DNA of 62,891 nt, the filler included, from Neolecta irregularis DAH-3 (taxonomy: Eukaryota), in the NCBI GenBank assembly GCA_001929475.1. It is 8 parts of 8 records of this genome, joined end to end, with 100 filler letters (N's around TTAATTAATTAA, not from the genome) between each part and the next. Parts side by side here need not be neighbours in the genome. Positions count along the whole stretch, not along the records: positions 39,025 to 40,896 come from LXFE01000937.1; positions 40,997 to 44,880 come from LXFE01000939.1; positions 44,981 to 62,891 come from LXFE01000941.1; 5 more parts are not named here. The stretch is one strand, 5' to 3'. Positions 39,024 through 50,571 of the stretch are shown one piece after another. A program made the position numbers and the translations under genes. A model generated the notes under the pieces. The model searched no databases. It was given only the letters and a program-made list of their open reading frames with translations, and was not told where the DNA came from. Numbering within the stretch: the first letter of the stretch is position 1; each line of letters starts with the position of its first letter.

Positions 39024-39990
39024 NGCGCCCTCACCCGCTCCAGCTCCCGCGCCCGCTCCACCTCCGACGCCCGCTCCCGCTCCCGCTCCAGTTCCCGCGC
39101 CCACTCCAACTGCCGCGCCCGCTCCAGCGCCCTCACCAGCTCCAGTTCCCGCGCCTGCTCCAACTCCCACGCCCGCTCCAACTCCTGCGCCCACTCCAAC
39201 TGCCGCGCCAGCTCCAACTCCAGCGCCCGCTCCAGCTCCAGCTCCCGCGCCCGCTCAAACTCCTGCGCCCACTCCAACTGCCGCACCCGCTCCAGCACCC
39301 TCGTCACTCTAATTGCCTCGCACTGCAACTCCCACGCCTGCTCCAGCGCTTTCACTTGCTCCAACTCCGTCACACACTCCAACTCCCTGGCCCGCTCCAC
39401 TGCCATCACCCGCTCCAGCATCATTGCCCGCTCCAGCTCCATCTCCCGCTACAGCGCCCTTGCCAGCTCCAGCTCCATCTCCCGCTCGTCACTCTAACTG
39501 CCTCGCACTCCAACTCCCGCGCCCGCTCCAGCGCCCTCAATTGCTCCAACTCCGTCACCCACTCCAACTTCCTGGCCCGCTCCACTGCTATCACCCGCTC
39601 CAGCATCATTGCCTGCTCCAGCTCCATATCCCGCTCCAGCACCCTCGCCCACTACAGCGCCCTTGCCAGCTCCAACTCCATTGCTCACTCCAACTGCCTA
39701 GTCTGCTGCAGCGCCCTCGCCAGTTTCAGTACCCCCGCCTGCTGAGATACGCTCTCTGGCTGCAACTCCCTCGCCCATGCCCGCTGCAGCACCCTCACCT
39801 GTTGCAGAGCCTTTGTCTGCTACAACTCCCTTGCCCGCTGCAATACCCTATCCCGTTGCAGCGCCCTCTTCAGTTGCAACTCCCTCACCAACTTCAACAC
39901 CCTCGCCTGATGCGATACTATCCTGCTGCAATGCCATTCCTAGCTACAACTCGCTCATCTGCCCCAACTCACTCACCTGCTCCAACTTTG
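39024..39990 (-). repeat. Degenerate ~18-bp repeat encoding (ELERAR)n-like coiled-coil sequence with frame breaks
   Basis: CCCGCTCCA(G/A)CTC units; internal duplication of ~39300-39490 at ~39490-39680. Confidence 0.65.
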
Positions 39991-40774
39991 GTTTGAATTC
40001 CAAGGTTTCTATCTTACTCAGACATTGCAAAATTCTTACCCTTGTAGATGCCAAGTCATGAGCATATCAGAAACGGTGTCCAGCTATACTCATCAGAACC
40101 TGCCGAACCTTATCTCAACAGTCAAAACTAATGTATCTCCCTGTTACAGGATTTTTGCTAACCAGAATAGCTTAGTTGTTCAGTAATTAGGTCATTTGGT
40201 TTGTTGATGATCCCAATGTATACCGAGTCACCATTCACAAAACTGTCCTTGGTTGGCCTTGATGATGATATGAGTCAGCCAAGTTATCACCGAGGGAATA
40301 GATCCTTGCCAAATGTATGACTGCTGAAGAAGTTGCTGCTTTAATCTGATCATTCCGCCTAACTCACTATTCCATCTATGGTGCTCCATCCTCAACTCCC
40401 TCCACTAACCCTTCAGATTCTGCTATATATGGTATAACAGGCAGTGTGGTGTCACTGCCTGTTGCTTCTCCCCAGGCTCCCCCTCTGGGGCACTTTTGCT
40501 GGTATGATCTTATGAGTGCTGCAAACATCATGCTATGGAGAAGAAAGGGGAATGTAGACAGACACAAGTGATAGAAAGTATATCATATAGAAATGTTATG
40601 AATATATCAATGCTTAGAATTTGGAAACAATTACTATTTTACAATTTACTACTACAATTTGTCTTTGTAGTCTACAAAGTTTATATAGTATTATACTTGA
40701 TTGATATACTATTAGTATATCAATCAATGACTTTGGTATTGGAAAGCTCAGATCAGGAAAATGTTAGTTAAATG

Positions 40775-40896
40775 ATATCCATGGATAGTCCATGGACTAT
40801 CCATGGACAGGTCCATGGACTGGACCTGACCGTTGGAAAAGTCCATGGGCTGGACTTTGCCAAAAGTCCATGGATTTTGGTCCAGCCCCAACACTG
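40775..40896. mobile_element. CCATGGACT-family transposon end (terminus CAACACTG)
   Basis: Same motifs and terminal octamer as 67-168. Confidence 0.55.
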
Positions 40897-41009
40897 NNNN
40901 NNNNNNNNNNNNNNNNNNNNNNNNNNNNNNNNNNNNNNNNTTAATTAATTAANNNNNNNNNNNNNNNNNNNNNNNNNNNNNNNNNNNNNNNNNNNNGGGG
41001 GGGGGGGGG

Positions 41010-41849
41010 AAGATAACCCACCTTTAGGTACTTGGCCATTCTAGGTTCCACAAATAATCCCGATGCTTGGGCTAGAATCTGTGGATGCTCTTCCAGTGTT
41101 TCCAAGCGACCTTCCACCCAACACTTTCGGCCTTTTAATTTGGTAGTTTTTGCCCGCAGCACGATATACTGGTTTTCCCTAGTCTGCTATGATCAGTCCA
41201 GGCATTTCTCAAGAAAACTCGCTGGCTTGAGATAGTTTACGGTCAATTGCGCAGTCATTGCGATTTTATTCGGCATTACCGGAAAACAAGTCCGTGCCAA
41301 AACCTCATCAAACATTCTATCTTGATTAGATGTAGTCATTTGTGAAATCTTGTACGTTCTAGCGGATTATAGAGATCGTTTAGGGAAAGCATACGCAATT
41401 ACACCTCCGTGAACAATTCCTTCATATCCACATAATTGATCTCCTAAATGTCCAATAGCAACTGATTCGCCCCACTTTTGATCCTCCTCGCCATCTTGCC
41501 GTCCCTTCCAAAATATCCATGGTGGAACGCTTATTTTTCCAGGACCGGAAAGGACTCCGGCTGAGAAATTGTGTGTGGGGTCGGAAACGAGTAAATGAGG
41601 ACGACTGCCGATCCATTCTTTTGAAGAATGCAGTTGTTGAAATAAAGGCATTTGTTCAATTTCTTTATCTATTTCCGCATCATATGGCATTGAACCCTTT
41701 TTTGAACGAGGTTGGTAGCTGGTGACAAAGTATCCAGCTGAAAAAGCTCCGAGTGCAATACTTGCATACCGAACCAGAGGCATCAATCTTTTTCTAGGAA
41801 TATTCCCATCAGTTGAAAAGAGTCGGATGAGGGGGCGGTGTAATGACAT
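41010..41849 (-). CDS. Mitochondrial PaaI/THEM4-like thioesterase (3' end at gap)
   Basis: HLG..LCG..GIVHGGVIATMFDE, AMTAQLTVNY, GRKCWVEG, A.GLFVEPR. Confidence 0.85.
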
Positions 41850-42080
41850 TGGTTGTGCAGTGTAGAGATCAAAGTTTGCGGTGATTTCTAATTTCCCAAT
41901 CAATGATTGTCTACCAGAAAAGAATATCTAAAACACATCTAATATTTGGATGAAGAGGGTGGCTGCTGGATCAGTATTCTCTTGAGATATTTGTCAGGAT
42001 ATCAATGGAATTTAGTGTTCTGTGCCACGTTCAATTTTATTGATACGTAGCCTATCAAATACAGCGACCGTAATACTGTA

Positions 42081-44374
42081 CTAAATTAAGCTTCCGTCAT
42101 CTTCGACATTCGACTGCGACCGTCTGATAAATGAACCTGGGGGAGGGAGCGTGGGAATGTAAAATGAAGGATTAAAAGATTGGAGCGGGACCGAAGAGCC
42201 AAGTTGCGAATTTGAAGAAGGTTTCCATCCTGTTTGCCTTGCTGACAGAGCGGTGCAACCGGGTGTATTTCCCCATTGCTCATTTCCAGTTAATATTGGC
42301 GTCCAACCACTAGAAGTAATTCTGTAGGGAGCTAAATCTGGCGAGGAATCATTTTTTCCAAGAACGAGGTTTTTAAAATCGGAGACGGGATCGTTGATAG
42401 ACACGGATGATTGGGATGTATCTACATTTCCCATTTCTCCCAGTTTTTTAGAATGTTCTGATTCGATGTTCCCCGAGAGGTGTTTAATCACGTCCATGAA
42501 CCTTTGGAATTGTGAAAGATTGAGCAGGGGGCCTGAGGGAATTAGAGAGGACCTAGATTTTCATACCAAGAGACATGGACCATAATAGGGGTAAAACTTC
42601 CAATGCAACAGTTTCCTTTTCAACTTTCTCTCCTAATTTCTCCAAAACGTCCAACGCGGCGATCATCACGCCTGGTTCTCGCGTTTTTATTCCTTTCAGC
42701 AATGGAATCATTTTTTCGGTTAGGGTGAACTAGGTGTTAGACTAGTAGTGGGAAGAGGATACCTTGTCGAGGAACTCGACTAGTCCGCGGAAACATTGGA
42801 GTGCGACTATTTTGATAGCGAGCATTGTGGTTGTGGAAAAGACTGCTGCGCATTTAGGAAATAATGCGGATTTTATAGTGAGGAAATCTAGTGAGGGACA
42901 AATTGATGGTATTGATTGGAGGGCTTTTTCCTGTACGAAATGGGGTGCTTCGAGGGCTGTGTAGACCATTTTCATGACGTCTAACATTAGATATATTTAG
43001 GATTTGAATACCATCTTTGAATTCATTGGAGGTTGTTTTAGATTGGAGTATTTGTAGGTTGTCGAGGAGGGCGGTTAATGAGCCTGGAGGTTCTTTTACT
43101 GTGAATATCACACAAAGGTGAGGCAGCACATGTTTTGAAAAGGATTGCTGGGATTGCTGTGAGGCTATTGCGAATATATTTGGGATTAAAGATGGGAGTA
43201 GGGAGTGGTCATGAAGAGTTTCCAACAACCCTGGCAGAATCTGGGTATTAGCAAAAGGCAAGACTCTAAATACCTTGTCGTCTTGAACGCGTTTAGAGAA
43301 TTGGGGGAGGATTTTTGGGAGACCGCGTAAGAAGGAAGTTTTCTCTGACTGAGATTTCATGGGAAAGTTTTCCAAAAAAGTGATTGTTTGTAGACGAACT
43401 TGATCGAATTGTCCGGTGGCGGAGAGGGATTCTTTTAATGCGGAAGCGGATAATCTGGTGGATGGGTGTTTAGTGATCAGCTGCTTGAGGATTCCTGATT
43501 GTTGGTAAATAAAAGGGGAGGAGAAACCGTTGTATTGTCCTGGGGAGAATTGTATACTGTCTAGGTGTTGAACTAGTGTGCGAAAAGTATTGATATTTCC
43601 ATTTGTGAGCAAGACGTTTTTTCCCGAACTGATATATTCGACTAGACAGCCCATGGAGAACATATCGAGGGCGGGCGATACATTATGTTCGAGGACATAC
43701 TCTGGGGCCAGATAATCCAAATTGCGCTGGACTGTTTTGGGCAGGCGCGAGTCGTAAGAGAAAGATTCGAAATTTTCGTCGTTCAAGACAAGGCTGAAAG
43801 CAAGGCCGCCTAGTTTCCAGTCGCCCTATGATTATTACGGTGTGAGGAAAAGGGCACCTTTGAGTTTATGAATATTGATTCTGGGGATAAATTTGAATGG
43901 ACAGCGTTTACGCTGTCGTGGAGGAATTCCAAGGCGGTGCAGATTTGAACGAGACCCTTTTGGATTTCGAGTTGGTCTAGATCTGTACCGGAGGACGAAA
44001 GAGAGGCGTTGACGTATTCTGTGACGAAGATGATTTCTGAGCGGGATTCCTGGAAGGGTTCTACGAGATGGAGGATATTTGGGTGGCGGAGTTTTGCTAG
44101 CTGGGAAGCGTCGCGTTTGCATGTGATGTATATTGATTCTAGTGTTTTGTGTGAAGGTTTAAAGATCTGAGCTTCGAGGGAACGTTTTTCCAAGATGAAG
44201 ATGCTGTATTTCTGTGCGCGTTTAGTAGCGGGGATTATTTTCCAGGGGCCTGCGGAGAAAGACTCGTTGTGGTGGAGGTCGTATGAACGTAAAAGGGCGG
44301 ACCCTTGTACTTGAATTAGTCAAAGAAGGCGGAGACCAACCGAGTTTCAAGGCGGACGTGACGGAAGTGAACAT
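42081..44374 (-). CDS. SCY1: SCY1-like pseudokinase with HEAT repeats
   Basis: AGPWKI, LAKLRHPNILHLVEP, LEIQKGL, LEFLH, VH.NL.PESIFIN.KGDWKL, LDYLAPEY. Confidence 0.9.
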
Positions 44375-44571
44375 GGGGATCGAAAGTCACGTTATGAAAT
44401 CATTGATATCGTATTCAATCACATCATCGTATTCATACAATATTCATATAATATTCAAATCATCTCATCATATCATGGTATTCATACAATATTCATATTC
44501 ATATCATGGTATTCATACATTCATTACTTTCATGTCACGGGACGGGTCATGCTTCCCCACCCTTAACCACA

Positions 44572-44880
44572 ATGGTGCCGCGTAATATTCTCCGCGATAT
44601 TCCCCGCAATATCCACAATATTCGCAGTATCCGCAATATTCGCAATATTCACAATATTCACCATACTCACGATATCCCCACTCTCCCCACTCTCCCCACT
44701 CCCCTCACTCCCCGGGGGTACAGCAGCATGGCGCCGACCGTTGCGGCACCGCTCTGTGCGCAAAAGATCCAGATTGAACGGAGCACGCGGCCCAAGGCGC
44801 TGACGCCGTGCGAGGAGCTGGTGTTTGGACACACGTTTACGGACCACATGCTGAGGATCGAGTGGACCGCGGCCGCGGGG
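44572..44880 (+). CDS. BAT1: Branched-chain amino acid aminotransferase, N-terminal part (cut by gap)
   Basis: ELVFGHTFTDHMLRIEW after a presequence-like N-terminus. Confidence 0.85.
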
Positions 44881-45316
44881 NNNNNNNNNNNNNNNNNNNN
44901 NNNNNNNNNNNNNNNNNNNNNNNNTTAATTAATTAANNNNNNNNNNNNNNNNNNNNNNNNNNNNNNNNNNNNNNNNNNNNATCCATATAACTCAAATCTG
45001 AGAATCTCAATCCATATAACTCAAATCTGAGAATCTCAATCCATATGAACTCATAAATATAGATCTGATCTCATGCACCTAATATAACTTGCATGAAAAC
45101 ATAGACTATTTGATATTATGTGTTTGCATACATCCGAGGAAATCCTTTGAAACAGGCATATCCACTAGACAGATTAATCATTCAATATCGAGTCAAATCT
45201 GATAATAACGGCTGATTCTCCAGAGTGCAATGGGATCGAGTGTGCAGATTAGGTTGAGGTTAATTGCCGATGTTGTCTGGGATGATTTATGGCTGTCTAA
45301 TATGCGATTTCGATTA

Positions 45317-46305
45317 CTAATTTGGAAGAGGCTGATTTGCACGAGGCTGTCTGGGACGATTTGCCGGAGGTCTGCCTCTGGACGCGCCTCGTCCTCTGCC
45401 TCTACCGCGAGGAGGTAGAGGGTCAGTGCGAGGGAGCGAATCCTTTCGGGGATGAGAATCAGTGCGAGAAGGAGAATCCGTTCGAGATTGGTCTGTGCGA
45501 GGGCTTTGATCCGGGAGAGCGGAAGTATCAGCATCCTGCTTGTTATCCGCGAGGGCTTGTGATTTTGGATTTTTCAAGATTCTTGGGGTAGTTTTTGGAT
45601 GATGGACGATTGGCTTTTGGACGATATCTGAAGAATGTGGGGCACTTGTTTCTGGGATCCTTTTCCTGCCGCGGGTCTTTTTTGGGAATGGTCTGGGGTC
45701 TCTTTTTGAGATATCCGGGGGGACGCGGGCGCTCCTAGCCTTTGCGGCGATGGCTGCGGCCTTTCTCTCGAGCTGGGCCTTTTTCTGGAGGGTCAGGTAG
45801 TCGAGGAGGGGGGTGGAGTCTGGGGGCGGGGGAGGCGTGTCTTGCTGGAGCGGGGCGAGGGAGTCGAGGGAGGCGACAAAGTGGAGATAGTGGTCGTCTG
45901 GGCGGGGTTAGCGGGGGGAGGCGAGGGGAGGGACCTGTGAGGATGGTGTTCTTGCGGGCATCAGTCTTTTTCGGGGGGCGGGAGGGTTTCTGGAAGATTG
46001 CGGGCTCGGCGACGGGGCGGTACTCGGTGCCGGCCTTGTCTCTGAAGACGTGGCCGCGGAAGGCGTGGAGGAAGCTGCAGAGGAGGGCGTGGGAGGCGAA
46101 GGTGATGTAGGCGCGGGCGGGGCGCGGGTGCCTGCGGGGCCTGCGAGGATCAGGGAGAGCAGCGGGCAGCGGCGTACGCTGCGGAGCCGGGGCGGAAGTA
46201 GTAGTCCTCGACAGCGCCGGGGGCGGCGGGCAGCACGGCGGCGCAGAACACGGCCTCGGGCAGCAGCGGCGGCAGGCGGCGGACGACGGCCTTGCGGGGG
46301 GGCAT
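45317..46305 (-). CDS. UPF3: Nonsense-mediated decay factor Upf3
   Basis: MPPRKAVVRRLPP, RAYITF, F.GHVF.D..G.EY...AE.A.FQK, DAR.NTI; RG-rich tail. Confidence 0.8.
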
Positions 46306-46319
46306 CAGAGGGAGGGGTA

Positions 46320-46498
46320 GTAGGTAGTATGTAGTAGGGTCAGAGGAGTAGAGGGTAGGTCAGAGGAGTAGAGGTAGGGTCAGGAGAGGGTAGGGTCAGG
46401 AGAGGGTAGGGTCAGGAGAGGGTAGGGCAGAGGAGAGGGTAGGGCAGAGGAGAGGGTAGGGCAGAGGAGAGGGTAGAGGTTAGGGTTAGGCAGGTCAG
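46320..46498. repeat. G-rich 15-16 bp tandem array (GGGTAGGG(T)CAG(A)GGAGA) in the UPF3/SIT4 divergent intergenic region
   Basis: Directly visible; includes TTAGGGTTAGG. Confidence 0.85.
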
Positions 46499-46504
46499 AA
46501 CGAC

Positions 46505-47606
46505 ATGCCCGCACACCCCCTCGCCGACCCCGAGCGCTGGCTGGCGACGGTGCGCGAATGCCGCCCGCTGGCCGAACCGGACCTGAAGCGGCTGTGCGAG
46601 CAGGTCAAGGAGCTGCTGATGGAGGAGAGCAACATCCAGCCCGTGCGCGCGCCCGTCACCGTCTGCGGCGACATCCACGGCCAGTTCTACGACCTGCTCG
46701 AGCTGTTTGCCGTCGGCGGCGAGATGCCCGCCACAAACTACATCTTCATGGTACGCCGCTGCCCTTCGCGCTGACGCCAGGGCGACTTTGTCGACAGAGG
46801 CTACTTCTCGCTCGAGACCTTTACCCTGCTCATGTGCCTCAAGGCGCGCTACCCAGACCGCATCACCCTGCTGCGCGGCAACCACGAGTCGCGCCAGATC
46901 ACCCAGGTCTACGGCTTCTACGGTTCCGCTCTCTGCGTCCTGCCGCCCTAATCCCAGACGAGTGCCAGCAGAAATACGGCAACGCAAACGTCTGGAAGTA
47001 CTGCTGCCAGGTCTTTGACTTCCTCACCCTCGCCGCCATCATCGACGGCCGCGTCCTCTGCGTCCACGGCGGCCTCTCGCCCGAAGTCCGCACCCTCGAC
47101 CAGATCCGCGTCATCGCCCGCGCAATGGAAATCCCCCACGAGGGCGCCTTTTGCGATCTCATGTGGAGCGATCCAGAGGGTACCTGCTGCCGCTACCCCG
47201 CTCACCGCCAGACGTCGAAACATGGGCCGTCTCCCCGCGTGGCGCAGGCTGGCTGTTTGGCGACAAAGTCACCTCCGAGTTCAACCACGTCAACGATCTC
47301 TCCCTCATCGCCCGCGCCCACCAATTGGTCCAGGAGGGCTTCAAGGCATGCCCCCCCCGTCTCCCCTCATAACCGTCAGTACCACTTCAAAGACGAAAAC
47401 CTCGTCACCGTCTGGTCAGCCCCAAATTACTGCTACAGGTGCGGAAATGTAGCAAGCATCATGAAACTAGACGACAACCTCCTCCCTGAATTCAAAATAT
47501 TCAATGCAGATACCGTCCCTTGTCCAGAGCTTCAGCTGACCTAGTACTCCCAGACGATCAAAGACAGATACCCCCAAAAGGACAAAGAAGCGAATACTTT
47601 TTATAA
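46505..47606 (+). CDS. SIT4: PP6-type Ser/Thr phosphatase catalytic subunit (Sit4/Ppe1), 5 introns
   Basis: [66 protein letters not shown]-terminal YFL. Confidence 0.95.
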
Positions 47607-47794
47607 CCCTGCGACTGGCGTTTTCCATTTTCCCTTTGTTGGTGTACATATTCATGCGGAGATCAAGATAAGGGAATGACATTTATTTGCGATTTTGAAA
47701 ATTGATATTCGTTGTGCACTAGTTTGATTTGATAGTTCAGCATTTATCTAGAGACGCATTTATCCGTCATGACCAATTGTTAATCAATTACACA

Positions 47795-47869
47795 CTCTAT
47801 GCTCTATGCTCTATGCTCTATGCTCTATGCTCTATGCTCTATGCTCTATGCTCTATGCTCTATGCTCTA
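47795..47869. repeat. (CTCTATG)n 7-bp microsatellite
   Basis: About 10-11 perfect units. Confidence 0.95.
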
Positions 47870-47926
47870 TTCTCGTTCACGCTCAATGCTAATCAATATA
47901 TTCATATATCCTCTGCAACTATCCTG

Positions 47927-48790
47927 TCATTCACCCTCCTGCCGCCAACATATCTCCTCGGCATAGTCATCCACACTACAACTCTTCTCACAGCTATAAA
48001 TATTTAAAACACCCCAGTCTAAACTATCGTGATCTACTTCAATGTCTAGGTAATTCAACAGCGTCGGCATTATCTGCATCTCCAATTCTCGCGGACTATC
48101 ACACCGTGGACATTCTGCGATTTTATCGGGTATTCCAATATCCGAGATCCATAATGCTTGAGGCTGACAGTTTTCTGTCCGGTAGTACCTTTCAATCAAC
48201 AACCTTTCTTCGTTTTACCTCACCGTAATACTTGATCCGGCGCCCTAGACATTCTCTTTTGAAACTTTAAAAACTGGCCATTTTCACACGTTGTATATTC
48301 TTCGCCTCCATTCTCTTCCATCTCTATCCGCCCATTCAAGTTCAATTCGTCAAGAGTTATTTCTTGATCAGCAGGTGGTTCATCTTCACATACAATCTCC
48401 ATTTCCTTCCACTCGCGAAATATACCCAAAGACTGAAATAAAACAGGCGCAGTAGATTGCTCCATTTGTGATCGAAACACTCTAATACTAAAAGGTCAGT
48501 TTGATCAAAAATATCGCGCACGAAGGGGTAATTCCAACAATCTGACACGGTCCATATTCACACATAAAAACATGTATTAACCGATGATGTGCAGAAGGAT
48601 TAACATCATCCGGCGCATACAACTACTCATAAACATCTCAGACACCACAATTATACCTGGAGTAATAGTCTCATCCTCCGACCACAAGAACAAATTAAAC
48701 GATCGGCACTGGGAGGAGGATCAACTATCCATTTTGACTTTCCCCCTATTTTGGATATCGTATAATCATCACTGTCTAGCGGACTGCAAG
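47927..48790 (-). CDS. PDCD2/Tsr4-family protein (5' end unresolved at small gap)
   Basis: F.KFQKR....P.QVLRY, C..C...R..E.Q.MP.LL, DWG....YSC..SC. Confidence 0.8.
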
Positions 48791-49296
48791 GTTCCACAAA
48801 ACCCAGATATACTTTTGCCGACATATTCTCCCTCTATCACTACTCAAAAAAAGATATCCTTTAAACGGCACTGATCCGTGAATATACTTTTGCGTTCAGT
48901 CGATATCGTCTGTTTTCAGGGTTCGCCGANNNNNNNNNNGAAACCCAGATATACTTTTGCCGACATATTCTCCCTCTATCACGACTCAAAAAAAGATAAG
49001 GGAACGGCACTGATCCGTGAATATACTTTTGCGTTCAGTCGATATCGTCTGTTTTCAGGGTTCGCCGATAAACAAGTCAATATTGGAAATTCAGAGAAGT
49101 GCATGTCTCATCGATGCCATACAATAAAAAAAAAGTTTCATTTCAGATAACTATCTTGATTTTTAAAAAGTCTCTGCTAGCGCTTCGTCCAGTATAAAAT
49201 AAATGTACACTGGAAAGAGCATACCTAAAAGTATAAATGCTGCGAAATAGAGAATAATACTATAATTATTACATTGAGCGTGCACAAGTTGTTTAA

Positions 49297-49390
49297 GCCG
49301 CGATGGCCGAGTGGTTTAAGGCGGCAGTCTTAAGTTGTTTAGGCAACTGCTGGGTATCGTCCCGCGTGAGTTCGAACCTCACTCGCGGCA
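49297..49390 (+). tRNA. tRNA-Leu(TAA) with ~10-nt intron
   Basis: Acceptor GCCGCGA/TCGCGGC-A, D-arm TGGCCGAGTGG, stem GCAGT/ACTGC with CT-TAA-G then intron TTGTTTAGGC, long variable arm, GTTCGAAC. Confidence 0.9.
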
Positions 49391-49874
49391 ATATATTTTG
49401 TCCATTCCTAAACTAGTCATTGAAGTGCTTTGTTTTAGCCTTTGTCTTTCTAGAATGATTGAGTGAGATTGATAAGTGAAATTCAGAATTGATTTCTGAT
49501 TCTAACGATTCCTGAATAAAATGTGACTTGAATTTGCTTTGGTAATGAGAAAGTATTCTTCAGCATGTCTTCCAGATTGATGAGGTTAACAGAGGATCTT
49601 TGGTTAAAATTACCACAAATCTTCATTATATTCACTCACCCAGTTCTCCTTGGCAACTTCGTATAGCCCAAATCCGTAGGTTTCAAATCCTCTAGTTGAG
49701 AAATGCTAAGCGAAACGACCACGTGCTGAAGAGGAATACGCTATTACTTCATACACAACTCTAAGATAGCGGACGTTGGAGTATGAGTGACGACTAGGAA
49801 TGTTTCAGGAATCTTATTTTCAGATACAAATAATATTCATATACAGTCAACAGATCCGCTTTATTTCTAACAAC

Positions 49875-50571
49875 TCAAACATTAAGGCAAGAGAGTTTGC
49901 TTTCGTGAACGTGAAGTCTCAAGTCTTGAGATAGCTGGAGGTAATTGGTAAGACATCCCCGAGCTTCGGTGGGAGCCAGATGTATTGTGTTGAGAATATA
50001 AGTTTCGATACTTACTCGAACTGTTTCAAATACAACGACGTTCGTCCTAACTTCCTCTTGCTGAAAGCGGACTGTTTCGGTATATGCCGTAAACGCCTTC
50101 ATGGTCTCGGTAAGCTTCTGTAATGTGGTTGCGACACTGTTAGAGGTAGTCGAGGAAGTATCTAAAACCCGAGAATAAGTAGAAACCTGGGAAAACATAC
50201 CGACATATGTCGTTGTTGATACAATAATATGCAAAACATCACTATAGAAAGTGCTTACGGTTTGGTGGGTTTCCGGGCGTTCACAGATTTCGCAATGCGA
50301 GGGGAGAACGATTGGAGGATTGCCGCATGGTATTTTATGCGCTGGATTCAGGGAACTAACGCAGTTGTTGTTGTCATCCGTCGGGGCAATAGCCAAGGAA
50401 GACGGAGCCACTTTGGGAACTACAGTCGTTGAACTCGGAAGACTGAGAGGCACAAACCATCACGGATCTGGACTCGGAAACTGAAGACTGGCTCTTAGAT
50501 ATGACCTTGAGAGCAAACATACCCGATGAAAGAGCGAGAATCAACGGGAAAACGTTTCGTGAAAATTGCAT
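49875..50571 (-). CDS. Secreted orphan protein (2 predicted 5' introns)
   Basis: Signal peptide MQFSRNVFPLILALSS; two GT-AG introns join it in frame to the 192-aa ORF with a Cys cluster and a helical C-terminal part. Confidence 0.55.

Noticed and set aside
40060..40560. Possible degraded transposase next to the CCATGGACT end
   Set aside because: No continuous frame or diagnostic motif could be read.
42730..42762. SCY1 intron starting GTATCCTC as a possible U12 intron
   Set aside because: Not the full GTATCCTT consensus, ordinary CTAAC branch site, 33 nt long; U2-type is more likely.
13341..44980. Recurrent TTAATTAATTAA palindrome inside N-runs
   Set aside because: Artificial six-frame-stop linker joining contigs; ORFs ending 'LIN' are artefacts.
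48799..49068. ~130-bp direct duplication around a 10-N gap
   Set aside because: Most likely an unmerged contig overlap with low-quality bases.
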